A stretch of DNA of 62,144 nucleotides, the filler included, from a bacterium (GTDB taxonomy: Bacteria > J088 > JAWLBW01): assembly GCA_041690355.1 (NCBI GenBank). It is 4 parts of 4 records of this genome, joined end to end, with 100 filler letters (N's around TTAATTAATTAA, not from the genome) between each part and the next. Parts side by side here need not be neighbours in the genome. Positions count along the whole stretch, not along the records: positions 19,143 to 48,634 come from JAWLHK010000031.1; 3 more parts are not named here. One strand, 5' to 3'. Below the pieces are notes generated by a model. The model had not been told where the DNA came from and did not search any database. It saw nothing but the letters and a program-made list of their open reading frames with translations. Positions 19,143 through 28,553 of this stretch are shown here, one piece after another. The first letter of the stretch is position 1. Each line of letters begins with the position of its first letter. Both the position numbers and the translations under genes were made by a program.

Positions 19143-19209
19143 GGAGCGGGCATACCCGTCCATCTGCCATCTGCCATCTGAAATTTGCCATTCGAGCCTT
19201 GCCCCCGGG

Positions 19210-19238
19210 TTGACCATTGTTGCGCGGGCCGGTAGAAT
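19210..19238 (+). promoter_or_regulatory. Sigma70-type promoter of tRNA
   Basis: TTGACC-N17-TAGAAT just upstream of the tRNA. Confidence 0.7.
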
Positions 19239-19259
19239 ATCGAATTACGCGTTTTCAGC

Positions 19260-19335
19260 GGGCCCATAGCTCAGTGGTCAGAGCTGCCGGCTCATAACCG
19301 GTTGGTCCCAGGTTCAAGTCCTGGTGGGCCCACCA
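19260..19335 (+). tRNA. tRNA with CAT anticodon, Ile2 (lysidine) type
   Basis: GGGCCCA acceptor stem, CCGGCT-CAT-AACCGG anticodon arm, GGTTCAAGTCC T-arm, encoded CCA; sequence typical of Ile2 rather than Met. Confidence 0.92.
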
Positions 19336-19378
19336 ACTCGATGCAGACGTCAAAATTACATCGCAGTACTCTTCCTTT

Positions 19379-19405
19379 TGCACGGGCTACCCGTGCATTT
19401 TTTTT
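19379..19405 (+). terminator. Intrinsic terminator after tRNA
   Basis: TGCACGGG-CTA-CCCGTGCA followed by T8. Confidence 0.75.
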
Positions 19406-19420
19406 CCCGGGAGGCCTCCA

Positions 19421-20143
19421 GTGAAAGAGAAACTCAGTCAGTTGAAGCTTTTGCAGGCGGTCGACCAGGTCATCGACGGACTCGACGAGCAGCGCAAAAC
19501 CCTCCCGAAGCAGCAGGCCGAACTCGAGGCCGAACTGGCTGAGCTCGAAGCCGCGGCGAATCAGGCGGCCGCCCAGCACAAAGAGGTCGTCGACCTGCGG
19601 GCCCGCCGCGAGCTCGATCAGGCCGAAGAAAACGACCGGGTCAAGAAGTACGAAGCCCGCCTGAAGGACATCAAGACCAATCGCGAATACCAGGCCCTGC
19701 TGCGCGAGGTCGGGTTCGCCAAGAAGGCGGCCGGCGAGATCGACGAAGAGCTCAAGCGCCTGCGCGAAGAGATCGATCGCCTGGCCGGCGAGGTCGAGGC
19801 CGCCCGCGAACGCACGCAGGGCAAGCGCGAAGCCCTGCAGCAGAAGCAGAGGGAAATCAGGGAGCTGCTCGCCGAGGTCGAAGCCTCGCACGGCGCTGAA
19901 GACAAGCGCCGCCAGGAGCTGCTCGGCGAAGTGCCCCGGGATCTGCTCTCGCGCTACAACCTCGTGCGCAAACGCACGAACCTCGTGGTCGTCAACGTGC
20001 GCGCCGGCGCCTGTCAGGGCTGCTTCATGAGCCTGCCCCCGCAGCTCTACAACCAGGTGCGCCGCGTCGACACGCTCTACACCTGCCCGAACTGCCACCG
20101 CATTCTCTTCTACGAACCGCAGGAAGAGCCGGTCAAAGTCTGA
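19421..20143 (+). CDS. Coiled-coil C4 zinc-ribbon protein (DUF164 / CT398 family)
   Basis: LKLLQAVD start, KTNREYQALLRE, CQGCFMSLPPQ...CPNCHRIL. Confidence 0.9.
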   Translation: MKEKLSQLKLLQAVDQVIDGLDEQRKTLPKQQAELEAELAELEAAANQAAAQHKEVVDLRARRELDQAEENDRVKKYEARLKDIKTNREYQALLREVGFAKKAAGEIDEELKRLREEIDRLAGEVEAARERTQGKREALQQKQREIRELLAEVEASHGAEDKRRQELLGEVPRDLLSRYNLVRKRTNLVVVNVRAGACQGCFMSLPPQLYNQVRRVDTLYTCPNCHRILFYEPQEEPVKV

Positions 20144-21079
20144 ATGCCCGACCTGACCGCCTGGTTTGCCGCGGGCCGGCGTGAAGTCGACGAGGCGCTC
20201 GATCGCCATCTGGCCGCTCGCGCCGCCGCCGTGATGCCCCCCGCGCGGGCCTCGGGGCCGGGCGTATCCGGCGACGCCGAAGACGTCGTGCAGGAGGCCA
20301 TGCGCTACTCCCTGCTCGGCGGCGGCAAACGTCTGCGGCCGCTGCTCGCGCTGCTGACAGGCGAGGCGCTGGGCGCCGGGCGGGATCTCTGCCTGCCTTA
20401 TGCGTGCGCCCTCGAGATGGTGCACACCTACTCGCTGATCCACGACGATCTCCCGGCCATGGACAACGACGATCTGCGCCGCGGGCGCCCGACCTGCCAC
20501 AAGGTCTACGGCGAGGCGACCGCGATTCTGGCCGGCGACGCTCTGCTTACGCGGGCCTTCGAGATACTCGGCGAAGCGTATGTGGAACTGCCCGCGCCGC
20601 GGCTCGCCCGGACCTTGCAGGCCTTTGCCGGCGCCCTCGGGGCCCGGGGGATGGTCGGGGGGCAGAGCCGCGACCTCGCGGCCGAAGGCAAGGCCATCGG
20701 GCTTGAAGAACTCCAGCGCATTCACGCGGGCAAGACCGGCGCGCTCATCCGCGTGAGCCTCGAGGGGGTCGCGCTGCTCGCGGGCGCCCCCGAGCCGGCC
20801 GTGCGCCGCCTGGCCGAGTATGGGGATCTGCTGGGGCTCGCGTTCCAGATCAAGGACGACCTGCTCGACATCGAGGCCACGGCCGAGCAGCTCGGCAAGA
20901 CCCCCGGCAAGGACGTGGCGGCGCAGAAGGCGACCTATCCGCGCATCGTGGGGATCGACGCCACCCGGACCCTCCTGCGCGAGACGGTCGACCGGGCCGC
21001 GGCCCTCGCCGCCGATCTTCCCGGCGACCGCGATCGTTTCGTGCAGCTCGCGCACTGGGTCGCCGACCGGGGCGCCTGA
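20144..21079 (+). CDS. ispA: Farnesyl/geranylgeranyl diphosphate synthase
   Basis: GGKRLRP, HDDLPAMDNDDLRRG, KTGAL, FQIKDDLLD. Confidence 0.95.
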   Translation: MPDLTAWFAAGRREVDEALDRHLAARAAAVMPPARASGPGVSGDAEDVVQEAMRYSLLGGGKRLRPLLALLTGEALGAGRDLCLPYACALEMVHTYSLIHDDLPAMDNDDLRRGRPTCHKVYGEATAILAGDALLTRAFEILGEAYVELPAPRLARTLQAFAGALGARGMVGGQSRDLAAEGKAIGLEELQRIHAGKTGALIRVSLEGVALLAGAPEPAVRRLAEYGDLLGLAFQIKDDLLDIEATAEQLGKTPGKDVAAQKATYPRIVGIDATRTLLRETVDRAAALAADLPGDRDRFVQLAHWVADRGA

Positions 21080-21375
21080 GGCCGCGCAGGCGGAATTCCG
21101 GCCGGGTTGCCGGGAAATCATGGACACAATTCCCGTTCCCCCCGGAGCGCGAAGGACGACTCGCTCGCGCCGTGCCGGCGCTCCCGAGCCCGGGGGGATG
21201 ATTCCGCGCGGTGCGGTGCATCTCAAGAGTGCGACCCCGCCGGGGTCGGAGGACCGTGGGTTCTTGCTCCGACGCCCCCACTCCCCCACTCTCCCACTCC
21301 CCCCCTCCAAAGCCGAACATGAGCTCACTTGCATGGCAGATGCCGGCGCAATTTCCTTATAATGGATCACCGTCC

Positions 21376-22053
21376 ATGTCAGGAACGACCGCTCTCCAGC
21401 CGCCGCCGGCGCAGGCTCCCGTCAGCGAGCACCGCCGGCTGCACCGCATCATTTCCTACCTGTTCGAGCCGTCGCTTTTTTCGGCTCCGCTGGTCGTGCT
21501 CTTCGTGTACGTGCGGCGCCACCTCTTCACGATTCCCCTCGAGCTCGTCGTGCTCGGGCTGGTCGTTCTCGGCGCCGTGATCCCGCTCGCCTATACGGGG
21601 ATCCTGGTCTGGACCGGGCGCATCTCGGGGATCTTCTACGCCCGCCGCCGCGATCGCCTCTACTTCTATCCCATGCTGCTCGCCTGCGAGGCCGCCATCT
21701 TTCTGCTCTTCGCGTACACGACGTCGAGCATGGCCCTGCGCGCCGCCGTCTTCGCCATGATCGCCGTCAGCGCGACGCTGGGGGTGCTCACGATCTGGCA
21801 CAAGGTCAGCTACCACCTGGCCGGCCTCGGCGGCGCCCTGAGCATCGCCGTCGCCCTCATCGGCTTCGAGGGCCTGCTCGTGCTGCCGATCATGGCCCTC
21901 GTCGCCTACAGCCGTCGCCGCCTCGACGCCCACACGTGGCTCGAGGTGACCATCGGAGGAACGGTCGGGATCGTCGTCTCGGCCCTCGGGTTCCGCTGGT
22001 TTCTCACCTATGGCGGCGTCATCCTCGCAGGAATTCCGGGGGCGATCGGATGA
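21376..22053 (+). CDS. Integral membrane protein, PAP2-like C-terminus
   Basis: Multiple TM segments; KVSYHLAG...SRRRLDAHTWLEV. Confidence 0.7.
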   Translation: MSGTTALQPPPAQAPVSEHRRLHRIISYLFEPSLFSAPLVVLFVYVRRHLFTIPLELVVLGLVVLGAVIPLAYTGILVWTGRISGIFYARRRDRLYFYPMLLACEAAIFLLFAYTTSSMALRAAVFAMIAVSATLGVLTIWHKVSYHLAGLGGALSIAVALIGFEGLLVLPIMALVAYSRRRLDAHTWLEVTIGGTVGIVVSALGFRWFLTYGGVILAGIPGAIG

Positions 22054-22793
22054 GCGCCGCGCGCGAACGCATCGACGTGCTGCTGCTGCAACGCGACCTC
22101 GTCCCCACCCGCGAGAAAGCGCGCGCCATGGTGCTCGCCGGCGAGGTGCTCGTGAACGACGTGCCGGTCGACAAGCCGGGCACCAAGGTTCCCGCCGACG
22201 CGCAGATCCGTCTGCGGCGCGACCCCGAAGGGTGGGTCGGCCGCGGCGCGCAGAAGCTGCTCGGTGCCCTCGAAAGCTTTTCCCTGGCCGATCTGGGCGG
22301 CATCGTCGGCCTCGACGTCGGCGCCTCAACCGGCGGCTTCACCCAGGTCATGCTCGAACGCGGCGCCCGCCTCGTGCACGCCCTCGACGTCGGCCGCAAC
22401 CAGCTCGCGTGGAAGCTGCGTCAGGACCCGCGCGTCAAGGTCTACGAGGGGGTCAACTTCCGCTACTTCGATCCGGCGGAACTGGATCCGCCGCCCGATT
22501 TCGCCACCGTGGACGTGAGCTTCATCGGCCTCGAACACATTCTGCCCACCCTCGCGCGGGCACTCCCCGCGGGCGGTCGCGCGCTCGTGCTCGTGAAGCC
22601 GCAGTTCGAGGTCGGGCCCGATCAGGTGGGCAAGGGGGGGATCGTGCGCGAGCCTGCGCTGCGCGCCGCCGCCGTGCAGAAGGTCATGCACGCGGCCGTC
22701 GGCGCGGGCTTCAGCGTCGTCGACAGCGCCGAGAGCAAACTGCCCGGCACCGAGGGGAACGTGGAATTCTTTCTCTATCTGGTTCGCACATGA
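22050..22793 (+). CDS. tlyA: TlyA family rRNA methyltransferase
   Basis: S4 domain RIDVLL...TREKA, LDVGASTGGFT, DVSFI, LVKPQFE, GNVEF. Confidence 0.95.
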   Translation: MSAARERIDVLLLQRDLVPTREKARAMVLAGEVLVNDVPVDKPGTKVPADAQIRLRRDPEGWVGRGAQKLLGALESFSLADLGGIVGLDVGASTGGFTQVMLERGARLVHALDVGRNQLAWKLRQDPRVKVYEGVNFRYFDPAELDPPPDFATVDVSFIGLEHILPTLARALPAGGRALVLVKPQFEVGPDQVGKGGIVREPALRAAAVQKVMHAAVGAGFSVVDSAESKLPGTEGNVEFFLYLVRT

Positions 22794-24676
22794 AAACGTC
22801 GCTTCGCACCCTGCTCGTCGGCCTGATCGCCGCGGTTGCCGTCGTCCTCCCGCTCGCCTATGTGGAAGCGGAAGGCGTCTTTCTCTTCGAGCCGGTCAAG
22901 CGGGCGCTGCTGGTTTCGCTCGGCGCGCTGCTGATCGTCGGCATTCCCCTCGAACGGTGGCAGTCGGGCCGGTCTCTGTTTCCCGCCGACCGCCTCGAGG
23001 GGCTGCTCGTCGTGCTGCTCGCGTGGCTGGGCATCGCGGGGCTCTTCGCCGGCAACGGATTTCTCGCGGCGCAGGCCTGGTTCCAGTGGGCCGCCGCCGC
23101 GGGGGCCTTCGTGCTCGTGCGCCGCTCGGACATGCGCCGCCACGCCGCCGCCGCCGTGCTCGTCGGGAGCGCCCTCGCGGCCGTCGTCGGTTACCTGCAG
23201 CCGGCCGGGTATGGTCCGCCGCTGCACGATTCCGCGTTTGCAGGCCGGGTCGCCGCCGGCGCCTTCGGCTCTGCGCAGGCCGCGGCGCTCTCCATCCTCC
23301 CGCTCGCGCTCTTCGGGATTGGTCTGCTTTTCCAGGCCGGGCGCGGCGGCCGCGCCGTGTGGTTCGCGCCGGCGGCGGCCGCGCTCGCCGTCGCGCTCCC
23401 GTATCTCGGCATGACCCGCCACCGCGGAGCCTGGTTCGTGATCGTCGGCGTCGCCGTGCTCGCGGCCCTGTGGCTTCTCGTCAAGGCGCAATGGGAGCGG
23501 CGGATGACGGCGGCGGCCGTGCTCGCCGCGATCGCCGTGGCGGTCGTCGGCGCTTCGGTCTCGGGCGCGCCTCCTGAGCTCACCTCGGCGCTCGACACGC
23601 GCAAGGCCTCCAACGGCATCCGGTTCGCCGTCTGGCGCGACGCGGGCGACCTGCTCGAAAAAGCGCCTGTGTTCGGGTTCGGTCCCGGTCAGTTTCGCAT
23701 CGTACTGCCCGACCACTGGTCTGAAGAAACGGCCAAGCAGGTCATGGCGCGGGTCGGCGAGCGTCCCGAGGATCCGCGCAGCGATGTCATCGGGGTGGGG
23801 GTTGCGGGCGGGTTTCCGGCGCTGCTGATGCTCGCCGCTTTTCTCCTGATCGCCCTGCGCGGCGGTTTTACGCCCCGGGCGCTCACGGGGGCTCAGGCGT
23901 TCGACTTCGCGGCCGGGCTCGCCGCGGCCGGACTCGCCGCCGCCATGCTGGTGGAATCGGTGTCGGCGCATCCGGCGGCCTGGCTCGCCCTTTTCGTGCT
24001 GCTCGCCCAGATTGTTCCCCTGAACCCCGGCGACGAAAGGGAGGGGAGCCGTCCCCGCGCGGCCCTGGCGCTGGCTTTCGTCGGACTCTTCGCCGCCTGG
24101 AGGGCGGCGCCGCGCGCCGCCCTCGCCGTGCGTGCCGAGCTGCGCGCCCGGCAGGCTGCCGACTACGTGAACGTGCATCCGGCCCGCGCCTTCGAGATGG
24201 CCGTGCGCGCCGCCGACGACAATCCGGCCGAGCCGCTCGCCTTTCGCGTGATGGGCCAGGCGACGCTCAACCAGGGCAAACCGGGGAGCCGCGACTATTC
24301 GGGCGCCGAAGACAAACTGAAGCGCGCGCTGGCCCTGGATCCGACCGACGAAGTGGCTCGGTTCCACCTGGGCGTCTCGATGCTCGAGCGCGGCCTGCAG
24401 CGCCGCGAAGACCTGCAGGCGGCCCGCGGGGAGTTCGAGAAGGTTCTCGCAGTCAACCCGTACCTTTCGCGCGCCCACTTCATGCTTGCCGTCGTCGACG
24501 CGCAGGATCGGGCGCCGTGGATCCGTGTGCGCCTGCACCTGGAGCGCGCGCTCAAGCTCGAGCCGGCCCTGTGGCGCGCCGTAAGCCGGATGCCCGAATT
24601 CGAGGATTACCGCGCCCGCACTGCAGAATGGGACGCCTGGTCGACCGGTATCCGCCGGCTGCTGCGTCTGGAGTAA
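22790..24676 (+). CDS. O-antigen ligase (Wzy_C)-like membrane protein with C-terminal TPRs
   Basis: Many TM segments, TRHRGAW, RFAVWRDA...PVFGFGPGQF, TPR-like C-terminus. Confidence 0.75.
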   Translation: MKTSLRTLLVGLIAAVAVVLPLAYVEAEGVFLFEPVKRALLVSLGALLIVGIPLERWQSGRSLFPADRLEGLLVVLLAWLGIAGLFAGNGFLAAQAWFQWAAAAGAFVLVRRSDMRRHAAAAVLVGSALAAVVGYLQPAGYGPPLHDSAFAGRVAAGAFGSAQAAALSILPLALFGIGLLFQAGRGGRAVWFAPAAAALAVALPYLGMTRHRGAWFVIVGVAVLAALWLLVKAQWERRMTAAAVLAAIAVAVVGASVSGAPPELTSALDTRKASNGIRFAVWRDAGDLLEKAPVFGFGPGQFRIVLPDHWSEETAKQVMARVGERPEDPRSDVIGVGVAGGFPALLMLAAFLLIALRGGFTPRALTGAQAFDFAAGLAAAGLAAAMLVESVSAHPAAWLALFVLLAQIVPLNPGDEREGSRPRAALALAFVGLFAAWRAAPRAALAVRAELRARQAADYVNVHPARAFEMAVRAADDNPAEPLAFRVMGQATLNQGKPGSRDYSGAEDKLKRALALDPTDEVARFHLGVSMLERGLQRREDLQAARGEFEKVLAVNPYLSRAHFMLAVVDAQDRAPWIRVRLHLERALKLEPALWRAVSRMPEFEDYRARTAEWDAWSTGIRRLLRLE

Positions 24677-24678
24677 CC

Positions 24679-25680
24679 ATGAAAGCCCTTTGTTTTTCAG
24701 CCCTGCTGGTTCTGTTCGCCTCCGCCGGCTGCGCCCACCGCGGCGTTGTGCCCGAGGCCGTTCCGGCGCCGATCCAGTATCGCAGCGAGTACTTTCCCTA
24801 TGTCGCCGGCTACGACTTGAACCGCTGGCGCATCCTGTCTCCGGCCGAACGGCAGGTCGTGCTGGCCCAGGGCGACCTGGTGCTCGCCGACGCGCAGGCG
24901 GCCCACTTCATCGGCGTGCTGGCCGAGCCGTCGACGGCGTCGATTGCCGAGATCCGCACCGCGGCGCTCCTGTCGCTGCAGCAGGAGGGCCCCGATCTCA
25001 AGGTGCTCTCGCAGACGCCGGTGACGGTCTCGTCGGTGCCGGGGACCCTCGTCACGCTGCGCGTGACGGTGCGCGGTACGCTGCTGCAGTACCGCATCGC
25101 GTTTCTCCAGTACGCCGGATTCGCGTGGCGCATCGCCTACTGGAGCCGCGAGGAGGTCTTCGACGAACGCGCCCCGGATTACGCACAGTTCCTGGCTGAC
25201 TTCCGCCTGCGCCAGGCCGCGCCGCCGAAAGCCGACTACGCGATCGCCTATCCGTCGCCGAAGTGGGGATACATCGTGACCCTGCCGTATCCGGAGTGGG
25301 CGCCGGGCGACGAGCGGATCGTGCGCGATGCCGAGCAGGAGTTCCACGCCCGGTCGAACCTGGCCTACTTCACGATCATTCCCGAGCGTATTGCGCTGCC
25401 GCTGGCCGAACTGGAGCGCCGTGCGGTGGCGCGCATCGTCGAGAGCTCGGGGGGCCGGTTTCACCCGACGGAATCGCGCGCCGTGCAGATCGACGGTCAC
25501 GCGGGCAAGCTGGTGACCGGGCGGGCCGACATCGACGGGGTGCGCTACGAGTACATGCTGCTGTTCGTCGTGCGCGGCGGCACGGCGTATCAGTTTGCCG
25601 CGTGGGCGCCCGACGAGATTTTCCGCGAGCGCTATCGCGCGCAGTTCACGGCGGCGCTCGAAGGGATACAGTTTCTGTGA
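24679..25680 (+). CDS. Lipoprotein with two PsbP/DcrB-like domains
   Basis: Lipobox SAGC; internal two-fold repeat. Confidence 0.6.
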   Translation: MKALCFSALLVLFASAGCAHRGVVPEAVPAPIQYRSEYFPYVAGYDLNRWRILSPAERQVVLAQGDLVLADAQAAHFIGVLAEPSTASIAEIRTAALLSLQQEGPDLKVLSQTPVTVSSVPGTLVTLRVTVRGTLLQYRIAFLQYAGFAWRIAYWSREEVFDERAPDYAQFLADFRLRQAAPPKADYAIAYPSPKWGYIVTLPYPEWAPGDERIVRDAEQEFHARSNLAYFTIIPERIALPLAELERRAVARIVESSGGRFHPTESRAVQIDGHAGKLVTGRADIDGVRYEYMLLFVVRGGTAYQFAAWAPDEIFRERYRAQFTAALEGIQFL

Positions 25681-25712
25681 GGACCGGAGCCGTCAGGTGA
25701 CGGTCGGCGCTA

Positions 25713-25885
25713 TTTACAATTTACGATTGACGATTGACGATTTTTCCGGAAAGTACCATGACAGTGGCCCTTTCCGGTTTGGCGCTCAGCGCTTGGCGCG
25801 CGGCGCTGTTCCCCCGCTCCCTGCTTCTCAGGAATCAGGAATCAGGAATGCCGCAGCGGCAGCCGCCGCTCGACTCTCGACTCCT
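25713..25885. repeat. Composite repeat (TTGACGA)n-spacer-(TGGCGCT)n plus (TCAGGAA)n
   Basis: Spacer TCCGGAAAGTACCA..CAG.GGCC is shared with the inverted copy at 47663-47775 and a partial copy at ~39533-39568. Confidence 0.8.
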
Positions 25886-25929
25886 CATCCGCAGCGCGTT
25901 ATGATGAAACTCTTTCCCCGGGTGGCCCC

Positions 25930-26148
25930 TTGCGCGACACGCTCTCTGTCACCATCCGCCTGAACGGCGAGCTCCGGCAGGTCTCGGTCGAGACCACCGT
26001 GACAGATCTGCTCGCGTCTCTCGGGCGGCCGGCGATGGGGATCGCCGTCGAGATCAACCGGGAGGTCGTGCCCCGTTCGCGCCACGCTGAAACCCGGCTG
26101 CGCGAAGGGGACTCCGTCGAAATCGTTCACATGGTCGGAGGAGGCTGA
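25930..26148 (+). CDS. thiS: Sulfur carrier protein ThiS
   Basis: IRLNGE, IAVEINREVVPR, C-terminal VGGG. Confidence 0.93.
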   Translation: MRDTLSVTIRLNGELRQVSVETTVTDLLASLGRPAMGIAVEINREVVPRSRHAETRLREGDSVEIVHMVGGG

Positions 26149-26151
26149 GGC

Positions 26152-26928
26152 ATGCAACCGGATCCCCTCGTTATCGGTCCCTATACCTTCCACTCCCGGC
26201 TCATTGTCGGCAGCGGCAAGTACCGCGACTTCGACGAGACGCGGCTCGCCACCGAGGCATCCGAAGCCGAGATGATCACGGTCGCCGTGCGCCGGGTCAA
26301 CGTCACCGACGCGTCGCAGCCGAACCTGCTCGATCACCTGCCCAAGGGGATGAAGATTCTCCCCAACACCGCCGGCTGCTACACCGCCGAAGAGGCCGTG
26401 CGCACCGCGCGGCTCGCGCGCGAGGCGCTCGACACCGACCTGGTCAAGCTCGAGGTCATCGGTGATCCGCAGACGCTCTTCCCCGACAACGAGCAGACGC
26501 TCGAAGCCGCCCGCATCCTCGTGAAGGACGGCTTCACGGTGCTGCCGTACACGCTCGACGATCCGATCGTCTGCCGCAAGCTGGTGGACGCAGGCTGCGC
26601 CGCCGTCATGCCGCTCGCCGCGCCCATCGGCAGCGGACTCGGCATCCGTAACAGCACGAATCTGCTCATCATCCGCGAAACGATCCGCGAGGTACCGGTC
26701 ATCGTCGACGCGGGAGTGGGCACGGCCAGCGACGCCGCCCGCGCCATGGAGCTCGGCGTCGACGGCCTGCTCATGAACACGGCCATCGCCGGCGCGCGCG
26801 ACCCGATTGCCATGGCGACGGCCATGAAGCTCGCCGTCCGCGCCGGACGTCTTGCGTATCTGGCAGGCCGCATCGAGAAGCGCCTGTACGCGAACGCGAG
26901 CAGCCCCCTGGCAGGTCTCATCGAGTGA
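26152..26928 (+). CDS. thiG: Thiazole synthase
   Basis: [47 protein letters not shown]. Confidence 0.97.
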   Translation: MQPDPLVIGPYTFHSRLIVGSGKYRDFDETRLATEASEAEMITVAVRRVNVTDASQPNLLDHLPKGMKILPNTAGCYTAEEAVRTARLAREALDTDLVKLEVIGDPQTLFPDNEQTLEAARILVKDGFTVLPYTLDDPIVCRKLVDAGCAAVMPLAAPIGSGLGIRNSTNLLIIRETIREVPVIVDAGVGTASDAARAMELGVDGLLMNTAIAGARDPIAMATAMKLAVRAGRLAYLAGRIEKRLYANASSPLAGLIE

Positions 26929-27587
26929 GGCTGCGCGACCCGCGGCTGCGCGTGCTCCTGATTACGCCTGAAGAGGCGTCGGCCGGAGCCTCTCCGCAAG
27001 AGGAGCGCCGGCTTCTCGAGCGTACCGAGCAGGCGCTGGCGGCGGGGATCCGGGCCGTACAGCTGCGCCGCAAGCGGACCCCTGTACGCCGGCTGCGCGA
27101 TCTCGGCGCCCGCATGCGCGAGCTGACTGCCCGGTTCGGCGCGCTGCTGCTCGTGAACGGCCGAGTCGACGTCGCGGCGGCCGTCGGCGCCGACGGCGTG
27201 CATCTTGGCGGAACCGATGTTCCGCCCCGGGCGGCCCGGGCCGTCCTCGGGCCGGAGGCGCTCATCGGGGCGTCGGGGCATGCGGGAGATGCGGAGGAGC
27301 GGTTCGCCGGCGCCGATTACCTGACCTTCTCGCCCGTCTTCGCATCGCCTGGAAAAGGGGACCCCGTGGGCCTTGACGGGCTGCGCGATGCCGTCGTCCG
27401 GTACAATATACCGGTGCTCGCCCTGGGCGGGGTGACGCCGTCATCGCTGGCCGGGCTGGCGGCGGCGGGTGCATCGGGCGCGGCGCTCATCCGCGCCGTG
27501 TACGATGCGGACGATGTTGCGGACGCGGCGGGAGCCTTTCTGTCGCAGAGCAGGGAGTTGTGGAATGGCGCAGAAGATCATCGTTGA
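26925..27587 (+). CDS. thiE: Thiamine phosphate synthase (ThiE/TenI family)
   Basis: [31 protein letters not shown]; follows thiG. Confidence 0.85.
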   Translation: MRLRDPRLRVLLITPEEASAGASPQEERRLLERTEQALAAGIRAVQLRRKRTPVRRLRDLGARMRELTARFGALLLVNGRVDVAAAVGADGVHLGGTDVPPRAARAVLGPEALIGASGHAGDAEERFAGADYLTFSPVFASPGKGDPVGLDGLRDAVVRYNIPVLALGGVTPSSLAGLAAAGASGAALIRAVYDADDVADAAGAFLSQSRELWNGAEDHR

Positions 27588-28536
27588 AGGCTACCATACC
27601 GATCGGGCCGTGGCGCCGCTTTCGGAGCTGATTGCCGGCCTGCGCGAGGTCGAGCCGGCGCTGCCCGAATCCGAAGCCGGCCGACTGCTCGTGAGTCCGC
27701 CGTTCGAACTGACGAGCTGGCTCCCCGACGACGCCGCTGCGCGCGGGCGCGAAGCGCTCGAGGCGCTGGGCCTGCGCATCGTCCTGCGTGAAGGGCCCGA
27801 CGATCCGTCCTGGTGGCGCGAACGCGACAGCGAGACGCAGCTCGAGCGTACGCCGCCGCCCGGCCTCTCCGCAGACCGGGTGCCGGAACCCGCGCCCGCC
27901 GCCCATGTCACGCACGCCCCCCACGTTCCCGCCGAAGTGCCCCCTCCGGTTCCCGAGGGCATCTGGGAGACGTGGAATGAGGTCGTGTTCCACCCCTCGC
28001 GCTTTTTCGCCTCGCCGCTCATTCGTGAGCGAATCGGCAATCCCTTTCTGTTCGCCGTCGCCGTGAGCGTCGTCGGGGCCGTGCTCGGCGTCCCCGGCAA
28101 CTATGTCCTGCTCCAGGGACAGGGGACGACGCTCGCCATGGAGCTCCTTCGCGCCGTCCTTGCGACCCCGTTCGGCGTCGCCGTGCTCGTCGGCATCTCC
28201 ACCGTCACCCTGCACGTGGGCGCCCGCATCTTCGGCGCGCGCGGCGACATCGGCATCGCTTTTCGTATCGTGTCCTATTCCATGGCGGTCAACGTGTTCT
28301 GGGCCGTCCCCATGCTCGGCTGGTCTGTTCCCTGGTTCTTCTATTTCATCTATTCCATCGCCGGACTGCAGGGCGGTTACGGGCTCAATCCGATTCGAGC
28401 CACCAGCGCCGCTCTGTTGCCGGTCATCGTATTCATGTCGCTCATCGGGCTGGTCGCCACCCTCGTCGTGCTCGCCATCGGAGCGAGCGGGCTTGAAACC
28501 TGGCTCCAGCAGATGCAGCAGTTCGAAGCTCCATGA
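27565..28536 (+). CDS. YIP1 family membrane protein with N-terminal soluble domain
   Basis: WETWNEVVFHPSRFF followed by ~5 TM segments. Confidence 0.75.
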   Translation: MAQKIIVEGYHTDRAVAPLSELIAGLREVEPALPESEAGRLLVSPPFELTSWLPDDAAARGREALEALGLRIVLREGPDDPSWWRERDSETQLERTPPPGLSADRVPEPAPAAHVTHAPHVPAEVPPPVPEGIWETWNEVVFHPSRFFASPLIRERIGNPFLFAVAVSVVGAVLGVPGNYVLLQGQGTTLAMELLRAVLATPFGVAVLVGISTVTLHVGARIFGARGDIGIAFRIVSYSMAVNVFWAVPMLGWSVPWFFYFIYSIAGLQGGYGLNPIRATSAALLPVIVFMSLIGLVATLVVLAIGASGLETWLQQMQQFEAP

Positions 28537-28553
28537 TTGCAAAGGTAGTACCC

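Noticed and set aside
19260-19420. tRNA as an integration site for a genomic island
   Set aside because: No integrase and no duplicated tRNA 3' end seen; downstream genes are core.
25681-25930. TPP riboswitch upstream of thiSGE
   Set aside because: No CTGAGA...CCTGA consensus; the region is occupied by heptamer repeats.
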